This document shows positions 9,759 to 20,590 of a stretch of DNA of 64,000 nt, in pieces. Position numbers and translations under genes: made by a program. Source of the DNA: Rebecca billardiae RCC1528. Its lineage: Eukaryota; Protista; Haptophyta. Within the stretch, counting starts at the first letter, position 1. Each line of letters begins with the position of its first letter. The DNA lies in the NCBI GenBank assembly GCA_965240325.2, contig OZ251224.1, forward strand, positions 1,116,001 to 1,180,000, in the 5' to 3' direction. Under the pieces are notes generated by a model, which saw nothing but the letters and a program-made list of their open reading frames with translations, searched no databases and was not told where the DNA came from.

Positions 9759-10871
9759 CAAGGGTAGTAAGGGTGAGCAACTCCGCTGGCGACAGCCGCG
9801 AAGGTCGGGAGCCCTCTGTTTGCCGCAAGCGGAGCGGAGCGAGTACTATCAGCGGCGGAGGGCGCTGAGGCCGCGCACGGCGTGAGGCGCGGCGTCGGAC
9901 GAGTCGGTCCGCGGAGGATGCGCGGCGATCGGCCTGCTGCGCAGCGGCAGTGTGCCTCACTTTGCCCCGAGCGCCGTCCTCCGCGTCGCCTCCTTCCCGC
10001 CTTGGAGCAGCACGCATGTGCGCGCCACCACCTTGAAGGCGGCACGGGCTTGCTCAGACGACCGCGCGCGTGTGGCGCGCGACTTGGTCGGCTGCGCGCG
10101 CGCGCTGCCGCGGTGCAAGGTAGCGCCGCCGCATGCGCGCGCCGTGCCAGCGCGAGAGCGTGTGCGCGGACCTGAGTGCGACCTCACACACATGTCGAAT
10201 GCTGCTTGGCATCCGACTTGCCGACCGTGACGGGAAGCTGGAAAAGACAGCGGCGTGAGTGTTGGTACCATCGATGCGGAGCCTTAGCGTCCACTTGTAT
10301 TCGTGCTGGGAAGGAATACACAAGACTAGGCCTTCGTCCTGGGTATCCAATGTCACTTAACACCTCGCTGATCGACCCGACGAGTGCCAGCGTGAGGCAC
10401 AGCGAATCATTCGTGAGAGCAGGCAGACAAGCGAGCACTACGCTCATGAGATGGCCGTGAGCAAAGGCTCGCGCGGGCACGGCGCGCGCATGCCGGCATG
10501 CGGCGGTGCTACCTTGCACCGCGGCAGCGCGCACGCGCAGCAAACCAAGTCGCCGTCCACTTGCTCAGTCGTCTGAGCAAGCCCGTGCCGCCTTCAAGGT
10601 GGTGGCGCGCACATGCGTGCTGCTCCAAGGCGGGAAGGAGGCGACGCGGAGGACGGCGCTCGGGGCAAAGTGAGGCGCACTGCCGCTGCGCAGCGGGCCG
10701 AGCGCCGCGCATCCTCCGCGGACCGACTCGGCCGACGCCGCGCCTCACGCCGTGCGCGGCCTCAGCGCCCTCCGCCGCTGATAGTACTCGCTCCGCTCCG
10801 CTCGCGGCAAACAGAGGGCTCCCGACCTTCGCGGCTGTCGCCAGCGGAGTTGCTCACCCTTACTACCCTTG
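9759..10871. mobile_element. P-like foldback element with ~400-bp TIRs
   Basis: Inverted arms ~9759-10157 and ~10466-10871 start CAAGGGTAGTAAGGG. 7-bp TSD CCACGGC at 9752-9758 and 10872-10878. Confidence 0.9.
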
Positions 10872-11303
10872 CCACGGCCCTTGATGCTGACCACCGGCGG
10901 ACGCTGGGAGAGTATCATATACTTGTATGGAACCGGGTAGAAATGAAACAGGCATATTAAAGCAGATAGATTATTGTAGCCTTGATCGGCACGCATGTTC
11001 TTTTGTCCGGCCGAAGATTCCTTCCGTTGAGACGCGATTGGCGGCTCTGTAGGTAGCAGTACTCTTTAGTGAGTACCAAAACTAGACATCTTTCGTCAAT
11101 TTCGTGAGCGATGCGATTTCAAACCGAGTATGTACCTATCGTAGTAGTGATGACGACGAGATATCATCTTGATGCGGGATTCAACTTTCGGTTCATGAGA
11201 AGACCCAAGAAAAGTCTTGATCCCCAGTCTGAGATCAGTTGTGGTGTTCATCCGATCGAAAAGCATTGGTGAGCAAGACGACGGTTCATTCACCATCCCC
11301 CAG

Positions 11304-12002
11304 ATGGCCAAGCGGGCGACGGAAGCGCCGACAGGCACGAAGCCGCCGAGGATCAAGTGGACCCGGGAACTCCACGCCACGTTTGAAGAGGCCGTGAATG
11401 CTCTTGGTGGCTATGGGACTGCCCAGCCGGCGCAGATCCTCGAGTGGATGTGCGTAAAAGGCTTGACGCGGACCCATGTGAAAAGCCATCTGCAGAACTG
11501 CACTTCCAAACTCGCGGAGAACGAAGCGCTCGTCGCCACGGCCGCCGCCCCCGTGTACCCCTCCCCCGCTTTCGCCGCGGCGGCCAATTTGACCCACGTT
11601 GGCGTTGGCCCACTTCCTGTCGGCCCGTGCTGTTCGAACTTTACCGACGCGCACGGGTGCGCGGCCGCTTCGCCGTGGACGGGCGTGCATCCTCCTGGAC
11701 CTGAGGCGCGGTGGTCTGAGCACACATACTGCTGCGGACCGGCCACCGCCGCGGCCCCCGTGGACACGGGCCCGCAACCACAGCCGCAACCACCGCTCCA
11801 GCCACAGCACATGAGCCAGCCAGCTCCGTCGTGGCAGGGCTACTACTACCTGCCACAGTGCGCGCCAACACATGACGGTGCAGCGCACCAGTCCTGGTCA
11901 GCGTGTGCTACTCCTCAGCAGCAGCTGCTGCCGTCGCCGCAGCAGCTGCAGCAGCCGCAACAGCAGCCATTGCCGCTTCCGCAGTACACCAACAACAGCA
12001 AT

Positions 12003-12046
<44 letters not shown>

Positions 12047-12515
12047 CTACCACTACTATGGACAGCAGCACAGCTGCTGGGTGTCGCACAGCGTCCACGG
12101 AGTGGGCATCCAGCCAGCGCAGCACGCTGGCAGCACTGGCGGCGGCGCGGCCGAGCACATGGCCGGCGGCTTCCCGCTGCCGCAGCTCACGCGTTTCCCG
12201 GGCGTGGGATCACAGGGATGTGGCTTGCCGGGCAGCCTCGACGGCCACGGTAGTTCCCGCCACGATTTCGACAACGACTCCTGGGAGGAGCAGGTCATGT
12301 TGATGTTTGGCGAGCAGGAGCGCCTGCAAGCTGAGCTCTCGCGCGTGATTGGCGAGTGCATCAATGCGGTGCGCGTGCGCAAGGCGGCAGGAACGCTCGA
12401 GGTGACGAAGGACGTGCGCACAGCCTCCACTAACATGCAGTTCGCCCTGCGTCTCCTGGTCAAGAAGTACGAGCAGCTCGTCTCTGTGCTCGAGGCGGAT
12501 GACCCGGCCTGCTGA
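11304..12515 (+). CDS. GARP/G2-like (SHAQKYF-class) Myb transcription factor
   Basis: PRIKWTRELHATFEEAVNALGG...AQPAQIL...GLTRTHVKSHLQ, followed by a Pro/Gln-rich region with (CCG)n at ~12005-12047. Confidence 0.88.
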
Positions 12516-13894
12516 CAGTGTCAGTCAGTGCCGTGAGTGGCCGGCGCAGAGCAGTGAGTCCTACATAGCTACAGTTCTGACTGCTGTACCAACCCGCAGC
12601 CTCCGACTCGCTGCTGGCAGCCTAACTAGCCATGCATCAACCTTGAAATGGTGAAATCGTTCGTCTGTCCCGTCCCGGCCGCGGGGCCCGGCAGCACGGT
12701 TTGGCCCGCGCCGCCTCGCGGAGGGCGCGCCGGGCCGGCCCAAGCTCTATCACTACTGCTATGCTACTGCATGCCGCGCTACAAATATAACTTTAATCAG
12801 AATAATGACCGCGTTCCGCGGTCCTTTCGTAGAACCAACGTAGTTAGGGGGCCGCGGTGCCGACTCTCTGTCGGCTTGCTAACCGAATAAGCCAGTATGT
12901 ATCGTCATACAGACGCTGGCTCTGGCTCCGGTTGACCCCTGCCAGTCCGGTCATAGAAACCGGGCGTACCGAAAATGATCTTCGCATTCCTGCGGCGCCG
13001 AATGAACGCCCGAACTCCGAAGTGTCCCACAGGGCTCCAAGTAGGGTTACTATGGATGGCCAATAAGTGCCCAGGGTGTGAAACTCAGTTTGTGACTACT
13101 TCAGACTCTATTTTTCATAGCTATTTACCCAGTCCGGTGACATATTTCCAATAGCTACGGGTGCATCCGGATCGCTCCCGGACCGTGTTCTGACCAGAGT
13201 CTGAAATGGGTAAATACATAGTAATGATCGGCTACGCCGATCTACATAGTAAAAATAGATCGAGTCTGAACTATAGAGGAAGTGCTTGTTGGCCCAATAT
13301 CGCTCTGAAGTCATCATCTAGGCATCCATTGAGGTCCTCCTGTGCAGTTTTCACGAGTGACTTCATGAAGGAGCTCACAGTGCCCGTCTCTGGCAGGGGT
13401 CAACCGAAGCCAGAGCCCGCTGTCTGTCATCTAATTATTATAGTCTGACCGTCGGTGCCAACCAACAGTTCGCCTGTGAGCAGTGCCACTACGGCTCACT
13501 GGCACTCAGAGTCACTCAGTTGCCCGCCCACTCTCCGGGCCCGGGCTGCGGCCCGGGGGCCGAGCGAGGACTCTGGATCGCCGATGGCGATACGGCCCGA
13601 GTCCGGCGACTAACTACTGCCGCATGGGCCATGCCACTCGTCAAGCCTCAAGAGTCAAGAGTCAAGGCTCCGGCTCGCAGCGGCACGTCGCCGTCGGCTT
13701 GCCTCGGCAACTCGGCCGGGGCCGATGGCGATGCCCGATGCCGATGGCGATGCCGATGGCAGCCCGGGGCCGCACGCCCCGCCACCGGATTCCGGAATGG
13801 CTGCGCGGCTACAGTAGTCCCGCGACCCGGGGCCGCCCGGCGCCAGCGGGGTGACGGCCAGCCCCGGAGGCGGTTGCGACCAGTCCCTCGAGTA

Positions 13895-14225
13895 GTCTCG
13901 GGGCAGCGCACGCGCAGGGTGCGTGAATAAATCTTGCAGCAGCTGCAGCAGTTGTGCGGCTCCGTCGCCAGCCCATCGTCGCGACGCGGAAGACGCGCGG
14001 TGGCGGCGGCGCGGTCTCGGGGCAGCGCACGCGCAGGGTGCGTGAATGAATGAATCTTGCAGCAGCTGCAGCAGTTGTGCGGCTCCGTCGCCAGCCCATC
14101 GTCGCGACGCGGAAGACGCGCGGTGGCGGCGGCGCGGTCTCGGGGCAGCGCACGCGCAGGGTGCGTGAATCTTGCAGCAGCTGCAGGTTGTGCGGCTCCG
14201 TCGAGCCCATCGTCGCGACGCGGAG
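13895..14225 (+). repeat. ~120-bp tandem repeat, ~2.7 copies
   Basis: Unit starts GTCTCGGGGCAGCGCACGCGCAGGGTGCGTGAAT at ~13895, 14014 and 14137. Confidence 0.9.
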
Positions 14226-14745
14226 GACAGTAGACGAAGACCAGCTTGAGTGAACACGGCCTGCGAAGTGCGAGCGAGTCGACCGGGAACAGTCACGGGT
14301 CGCGAGTGCCACTCGCCCAGAAGCGACGTCTGCGTGGGGTGCGCGTCGGGCAGGCCCAAGAAGATGCGCAGCATCATGTTCAGGCCCACTAGGCCCAGCG
14401 CCTCGATCACCACCTGCTTCTTCGCTGTGTTGATCATCTTCACTGCCGCGGTTCGCGCCGAGTTTGACTGGCGGCCGCACGCCCCGGCGGCGGGCACGGC
14501 CCGTGCGCTCGCCGTCCTGACGCGGCGGCGGTCCTGGATGCACTGCGGCACCTGGCCTGAACCCGCGTGCCACGCCACGCGCCGCCGCCGGGCGAGGCGT
14601 CGGCGGCGGCCGCCTCCGCCGCCAACGCGGCACGTCGCGCTGATCTGCGGTGCGAGCTGACCAGTCCTGAGCAACCGCTTCAAAATCAAATAGCCTGAGT
14701 AACCCCATAAATAAGGTAGTTGGCGCGTAAGATCGAATGGAGATA

Positions 14746-15539
14746 CAGTCCTCTCAACAATAAATTACCCTATGGAGAGCACACCTGCACATCACACCTT
14801 CTCCTGGCCGCCTAGGCTTGCATGACGGGCACCTGCGGCCCCAGCACTCTCCATTCGGTCGAGCTGCACCCACCCATCATGACTTCAGCCGGGTGAGTGA
14901 CAATTGGAGGACTCCTCTGGGCAGCACGTGAAGCCGGCCAGCTCGGACGTGACAGTGGCCGACAGGCTCTCGACTGGCTCCCACACCCCTTTCAGCCCAG
15001 CTTGTAGCACAGCGCGCCGCTGATTTTCGGCGGAGCCTCGTGTGCTGTGCTACAGGGCATACCCAATCAGCAGGTGGGCCGCTGGCAGGCTAGGTGCATC
15101 TGGTGCACTGTGGTGGCCATTCCCCGACCACCACCCGCAGAGACGTGGCCTGCACACTGAAACCGCACTGCTCACGCCAGGCTGTGCTGCTAGGCTGGCT
15201 GCTAGGCAGTATCAAAGGCCATCCAGCTGCAGCGCCAGGGCCCACTATACAGCTGCTACACTCCCAGCCAGCCAGCCCACAGCCTGCTCAGGGGGTGAAT
15301 TTCCATCCCTGCCTGCCCTCGTGGTGGTCCAGCACCCCCGCGCAGCACCCGTCAGCCGGTTGTGCACCTGCATTCAATTTATCTGACTGACTCAGCCCAC
15401 ACACCCGCCCAGCTCATACCCACCTGGTCTGTGAGGGTTATAGGTGCAGTAACAGATAGCATGCAGCAGTGGGCCTCAAACAGTGACTGAGCTGGTATAG
15501 ACAGCCAAACACAAGGGTAAGCAATTGTTGAGGGGACTG
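14746..15539. mobile_element. Tc1/mariner-type non-autonomous element
   Basis: Imperfect 25-bp TIRs CAGTCCTCTCAACAATAAATTACCC / GGGTAAGCAATTGTTGAGGGGACTG with a TA duplication. The empty site is visible in the neighbouring repeat unit. Confidence 0.88.
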
Positions 15540-15541
15540 TA

Positions 15542-15815
15542 GATAGCGACTACGGTTATCTTTGTTTTGGCAATAATCAGAACTACACGAGATAATCGCG
15601 TTTACGGCGATCTCCATTAGCGGTCGTAGCTCCCGTAGCTCCAATTAACGGTTTTGCTGGGATCCTTCGCGTAAGATCGAATGGAGATAGATAGTGATCA
15701 CGGTTATCTCTGCTTCGGCAAGAATCAAAACCAAACGAGATAATGGCGTTTACGGCGATCTCCATTAGGTCGTAGCTCCCGTAGCTCCAATTAAACGGTT
15801 TTGCTGGGATCCTTC
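15542..15815 (+). repeat. ~145-bp tandem repeat, ~2 copies
   Basis: GCGTTTACGGCGATCTCCATTAG..GTCGTAGCTCCCGTAGCTCCAATTAA..CGGTTTTGCTGGGATCCTTC occurs twice. Confidence 0.85.
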
Positions 15816-17216
15816 TCATAACAAGTTTTTGACTCGAAACAATCAAACGTCGCTCGGCAAACTCGTACTCCAGCATACAAGAATGACAAAAATACTCACT
15901 TGTTTCACCCCCGGGGTATCTGATCCCACGTCCGTCCATCGACTTATGCGGAATGGCGTGGGCGCGCTTATTTCGTCAAGCGCGTAGTTGCTAATGCAGA
16001 GCACTATGGGCCAACGTACCCCTCGAAAAAGCGAAAACTCACCCTCCAACACCCCTCAAAATCGTCCCCCGTCCCCTTTTCTTTGATCAAAAGATCTTTT
16101 TGACAACGTAGTGAGGGCCCCCGGCGGGGCTCCACGCTACGCGCTCCGCCCTACACCGCGGGCCATAAGAGACGCACACGACAGCTCAGGCAGGCGAGAT
16201 TGACGCCCGTGCAGTAGCGTCAGTGAGCCCCATATGATCCTATCATCTACTGTCTAGCTAAGTAGTTACTGTATACTCAACTCATTCATCATTGAGACTA
16301 TATCTATATCTATCTATATCTATCTATCTATATACATATATAGCAGCTATAGTCGTGTAATTCCACCTATATGTATAGCTAGTAACTAGCTGTCCGGTTC
16401 GGACTATAGTGAATGACGACAGTATCAAAAAACACATCTCAGGCACCCCATGGCCATAGACGGTGCGCATCATTAAGATTAATAAGCAGGGCAGACTGAG
16501 AGGAAGAAAGCCCTGCCTGGCAGCTGATAAGTACAACTAGGGCAACGATTAATTTACATTCGACGATGCGCGTCTTTAATGCGTTCATTCACTTTCAGCA
16601 GCAGCGCTCTTTCTGCTGAATGGAGATTCCTGGACGCCGCTCGGGGCACTCAGGGTGCGAGCAGTGATGCCGGGCGGCGCGCCTGACCATGATCGAGTGG
16701 ATAGTAGTTACGACTACAGTATATTTACGTCAGCTGCGCAGGCAGTCGCGGACACTACTGCGCTAGCTTATAATGAGCAGATGAAACTGGAGCCACCCCC
16801 GCCCCCCCTCCAGTCAATGGAGCCTGGTTGCTTAATTAAGTTTTAAAATGTTGACACGGACATCGGGCGGGCACATCGGCTGGATCAGCCAGCCTTTGAT
16901 TATGACCTCCGAATATATGCTCCTACTCCTCTAAGTCTAGACCACCCCACTCCCCAGGCGATCCCTTGGACGATACGACGGCCAGATCGGGAATATCATT
17001 ATCAGCCGTGGACACAGTCTGACAATAGGTTCAGATTCGTCTATTTTCTTTAACTAACTACCCAGCCCGGGTGACATTTTCGCAGAGAGAGCTGAGAGAC
17101 TGACTCAGACACAGGCAGAGAGAGAGCTGAGACTCAGTGAGTTTACAATTACAAAGAATAAGCAGAGACGCACATAGCTCAGGCAGGCGGGATTGTGAGC
17201 TAGACTGACTCAGGCT

Positions 17217-17248
<32 letters not shown>

Positions 17249-17827
17249 CGAGAGAGAGACGAGAGAGAGAGAGCTAGCAGAGCAGAGAGATTTCACTTGA
17301 CTTCGCGACTGCGGGCCATCGCGGACGTAACGGAGTCGGAGGCCGTGCTGCGGGCCCGTGGGCCCTGGCCGCCGGCGCCCGGCGGCTGGCTGCGGGTTCA
17401 GTTAACTGTAACGGGGCGGTGGCGGGTGCCGCCGACCCGGACTCCGGAGTGCCGCGCCGACTCTGCTCCGCGGGCCCGAGCCGATTTAGGGTCGCTCGAT
17501 CCAAGCCACTTCTATGGAGTCACGCGAAAAGTCTAGCTATTATTTTGGTGGCAGGCCGGACCAGTACGCCGAAATGTCTCCTGGTACTGTCAGTGACAGT
17601 GCGCCTGGGCCCGTCATTCACGACTAGCGGAGTAGCGGGCTGACCGCCGAGAACTCGGGCCAACTTGGCCATACGTGCCACTCCCACGAATGAGCGCAGG
17701 AGTAGCGTGAGGATGTGACGAGCTGTGATCGTCTCGGATAATTGCCTTGCCCGCGATCGTCACTCGCCGAGCCATGCAGTTCTGTTCGGCGAGATAGACC
17801 ACAGCGCCGGCGCTCGACACACGCACA

Positions 17828-18370
17828 TCACTCGCCTGCGTTGCCCCGGGCACGGCGTGCCGCGAGCATCTTGCGGCTACGTGCGACGCGGAAGTGGGCA
17901 AGGTTCTTGCCGAACTCACGCCAATTTGTGAACATCCCTCGCATCCACGGCACCGTCAGCGCGTGTACTTGCCGGCTCTCCGCGACCAGGCTGTTCAGCT
18001 CGCGGAGCGCGACGTCGTCTTGTGGGTTGCCAACGACCAGCACGTGACCCCCATCGGCGATCACCTCTTTGATGGCAAGTGCCGCGCGCCTGAGGGCAGG
18101 GTGGGTCTCCTCCGCGTCGAGCAGGTACACGCCGTGTCGGATGCCGCGAGCATACTGGATTGCTCGCGGGTGTTGCTTGTCCGTCCCCGAGAATGCGTAG
18201 CGCCCGCGCGTGCTGCCGATGTGGCCGCGATCACTGACAAGGTGCTGCGGGAGATCGCGCAAGAAGTCTGCGTCATGACGCTCACGCCGGATCGAGGCAG
18301 CGAGACCCGGCAGCGCGCGTGTGGCAGCATGCTTGGAGGAGTGGGTGATGGCCATGCCCGTGCGGAGCAT
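17828..18370 (-). pseudogene. rps2: Ribosomal protein uS2 (mitochondrial type), N-terminal half only
   Basis: GHIG...HPRAIQYARGIRHGVYLLDAEET...GGHVLVVG...WMRGMFTNW matches the uS2 N-half. I saw no C-terminal VDTN/PIPGNDD motifs downstream. Confidence 0.7.
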
Positions 18371-18434
18371 GATGGCGACCGCTCGCTATGCGAGAGTTTG
18401 CGTCTTTGCGAGTTGCGACGCAGCGCGGTCTATT

Positions 18435-18545
18435 CGCGCCCCTCACCTGCCTGCGCCGGTCTGTTTTGTGGCGGTGTCTTTGTGCAGTGTTGGATGGCGT
18501 CAATCACGCCTTAACCAAGTGTGCACGTTAAAACATAGTAAACTG
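18435..18545 (+). mobile_element. Right end of the CAGTTTACTA TIR family
   Basis: Identical to ~8878-8988 and followed by TA. Confidence 0.75.
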
Positions 18546-18801
18546 TAGACGACCCGGGACCAAGGCCAACGCGCTCCAGCGACATCCTCCATTAACTCCA
18601 TTCAGTACTTCGACAGACGAATCAGGAGAGCTGCGCCCTCGTGCCTGTGTCTTTAAATCATAGAATTAGTCTGGGCTGGCTCTTGGCTGGCTGGTCCGGA
18701 TCCAGATCTGTGTCCGGGTGCGCAGTCCTACGGGTGAGAACAAAGGAATACAGGGTGGGGGAGCCCCGGACTGCAGTCTGAAAGCGGCCCCTTCAACTTT
18801 A

Positions 18802-18850
18802 CAGTTTACTAAGAATAAGAGACGCACACAGCTCAGGCAGGCGAGATTGA
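18802..18850 (+). mobile_element. Solo left end of the CAGTTTACTA TIR family
   Basis: TA|CAGTTTACTAAGAATAAGAGACGCACACAGCTCAGGCAGGCGAGATTGA. Related copies at ~16166-16208 and ~17144-17195. Confidence 0.7.
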
Positions 18851-18856
18851 ACAGTA

Positions 18857-19450
18857 CAGGTGGATACGGGCTAACTGGACACAGGGGCTATCTGGACACT
18901 CAGCGGGCGGCGGGCCTCGTGGCGAGGGCTCGTGGGCGAACGAGCACGAGCGCCCACTGGCGGGTCGCCACGACGGCGCACGATGTTCGCTGAACTCACC
19001 TGGTCGTGAGACGTCGTCTGCGCACGCGCCAGGTCGCGCTTCTCGCCGCCTTCGCCTTGTTTCGTGAGTCCCGCGCACAAGGGCGAACGCCAGCGTTTCA
19101 AGCCGCAAGGCGCGTGCGCGGACTCAGGAAGGGCGGACTCCGAGGCAAGGCGCGGTTGCGCTGGCGTGGGTAGGTCCCAGAGCAACCGTCCGAGCCGCTG
19201 CACACGCTTTTCCTCCGCGCGCGCGTCTCTGAGCTCGATTCCCATGCCTCAGCCAGTGCCAGGGGCTAATTGGACAGTGCCATTGCGGCCGCCACGCGCG
19301 GAGACGGGCCCGCAGCGCAGAAAGCGCGCTGTGGCGGAACTCCAGGGACCCCCTGAAGTCCGTCCCTGGCGCCCCTTCGACCCCAATGCTCCCAGGGAGG
19401 CCTCCGCGTGAGTTGGGTCGGCCACTGTCCAGATCACCCGTATCCACCTG
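18857..19450. mobile_element. TA-flanked MITE-like element (Tc1/mariner type)
   Basis: TIR CAGGTGGATACGGG-nnnn-CTGGACA at both ends (21/25 identical). TA at 18855-18856 and 19451-19452. Confidence 0.85.
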
Positions 19451-19452
19451 TA

Positions 19453-20470
19453 GTGGGCACGCTGCGGCCGCATGGCGGCCGGCCGCCCGCCGCCCACGCG
19501 AACAAAAGTCCGTGCGCGGGCGTGGTGGGCACGCACGTGTCGATGGCGTAGGGCTGGCAGGTCCGTATGTGTCATGGCCGATCCCCCGGCGCGTTTGAGA
19601 CCCCATCCCCGGCGCCTGAGGCACCACACATGCTGGCGATGACAGATGTCGTGTTCAGCACGGGTTGCTGTGCACGCGCCGGTACGGCGGGGTGGTGCAC
19701 ACGGAGAGAGGGCCTAGAAAGGGGTGGCGTGAGTTCTCACAGGTCTGGTCTCTACTGACGTCGCCCGGCGCGCGCATCGTGTGTCCCAGTAGGCTTGGAA
19801 GCTTCTTAAACACCGCTTGTTCCACTATACCACGAACACTCTTCCTTTCGGCCTTTCCAAACAAACATTACGCAACTCGGCAACTGAGAGGTTTGTGTGT
19901 GGCAGGTGGCGATGGGGCAGAGCCATGGCATGAGCTCAATTCCAGGGCGCAAGTAGCCGTCAAGTAGCCGGTTGAGCTGTTAGACTGCCCACGCAGGACA
20001 CACAAGACCTAATGGGCTCCCTCTCTGCGAACTCTTCAGCCTGAACGCCTCGCTGGGGTACACGCCCAAGTGGTGCGTGTGTGAGCAGTGAGCATGCTTT
20101 ACCGTCAGCCAACAAGAAGCACTGAACAGGCCGCCCATCCTTATGACGCGCCGCGCCGGGCGACGTCAGTGGAGACCAGACCTGTGAGAACGCACGCCAC
20201 CCCTTTCTAGGCCCTCTCTCCGTGTGCACCACCCCGCCGTACCGCGCGTGCACAGCAACCCGTGCTGAACACGACATCTGTCATCGCCAGCATGTGTGGT
20301 GCCTCAGGCGCCGGGGATGGGGTCTCAAACGCGCCGGGGGATCGGCCATGACACATACGGACCTGCCAGCCCTACGCCATCGACACGTGCGTGCCCACCA
20401 CGCCCGCGCACGGACTTTTGTTCGCGTGGGCGGCGGGCGGCCGGCCGCCATGCGGCCGCAGCGTGCCCAC
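19453..20470. mobile_element. Foldback element with ~320-bp near-perfect TIRs
   Basis: Arms 19453-19772 and 20152-20470 differ at ~3 positions. TA on both sides. Confidence 0.88.
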
Positions 20471-20590
20471 TAAAGTTGAAGGGGCAGCTCCCGGACTCGG
20501 CCCCCGAACCTTACTATGAATGTGAGAAAGCGGCCTCCGCCAACTCGCGGCCGGCCTCGCTCGCGACCTTCGCCGATCACCTGCCTGCGG

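Larger units (their letters stand above)
12806..16165 (-). mobile_element. Helentron/Helitron2-like non-autonomous element A
   Basis: Left hairpin GACCGCG-TTC-CGCGGTC, subterminal GGGCCGCGGTG (12849-12859), right end CACCGCGGGCCA, TAA on both sides. Both ends are shared with 47251-49699. Confidence 0.7.

Noticed and set aside
13100-13270. RNase P/MRP RNA (TTCAGAC/GTCTGA resembles the P4 helix)
   Set aside because: The two strands are in the wrong order in both orientations, and the CR-I/CR-V context is missing.
1-20500. Full endogenous giant virus, Polinton or autonomous transposon
   Set aside because: No capsid, packaging ATPase, polB, integrase, transposase or RepHel ORF was recognised; only the primase looks viral.
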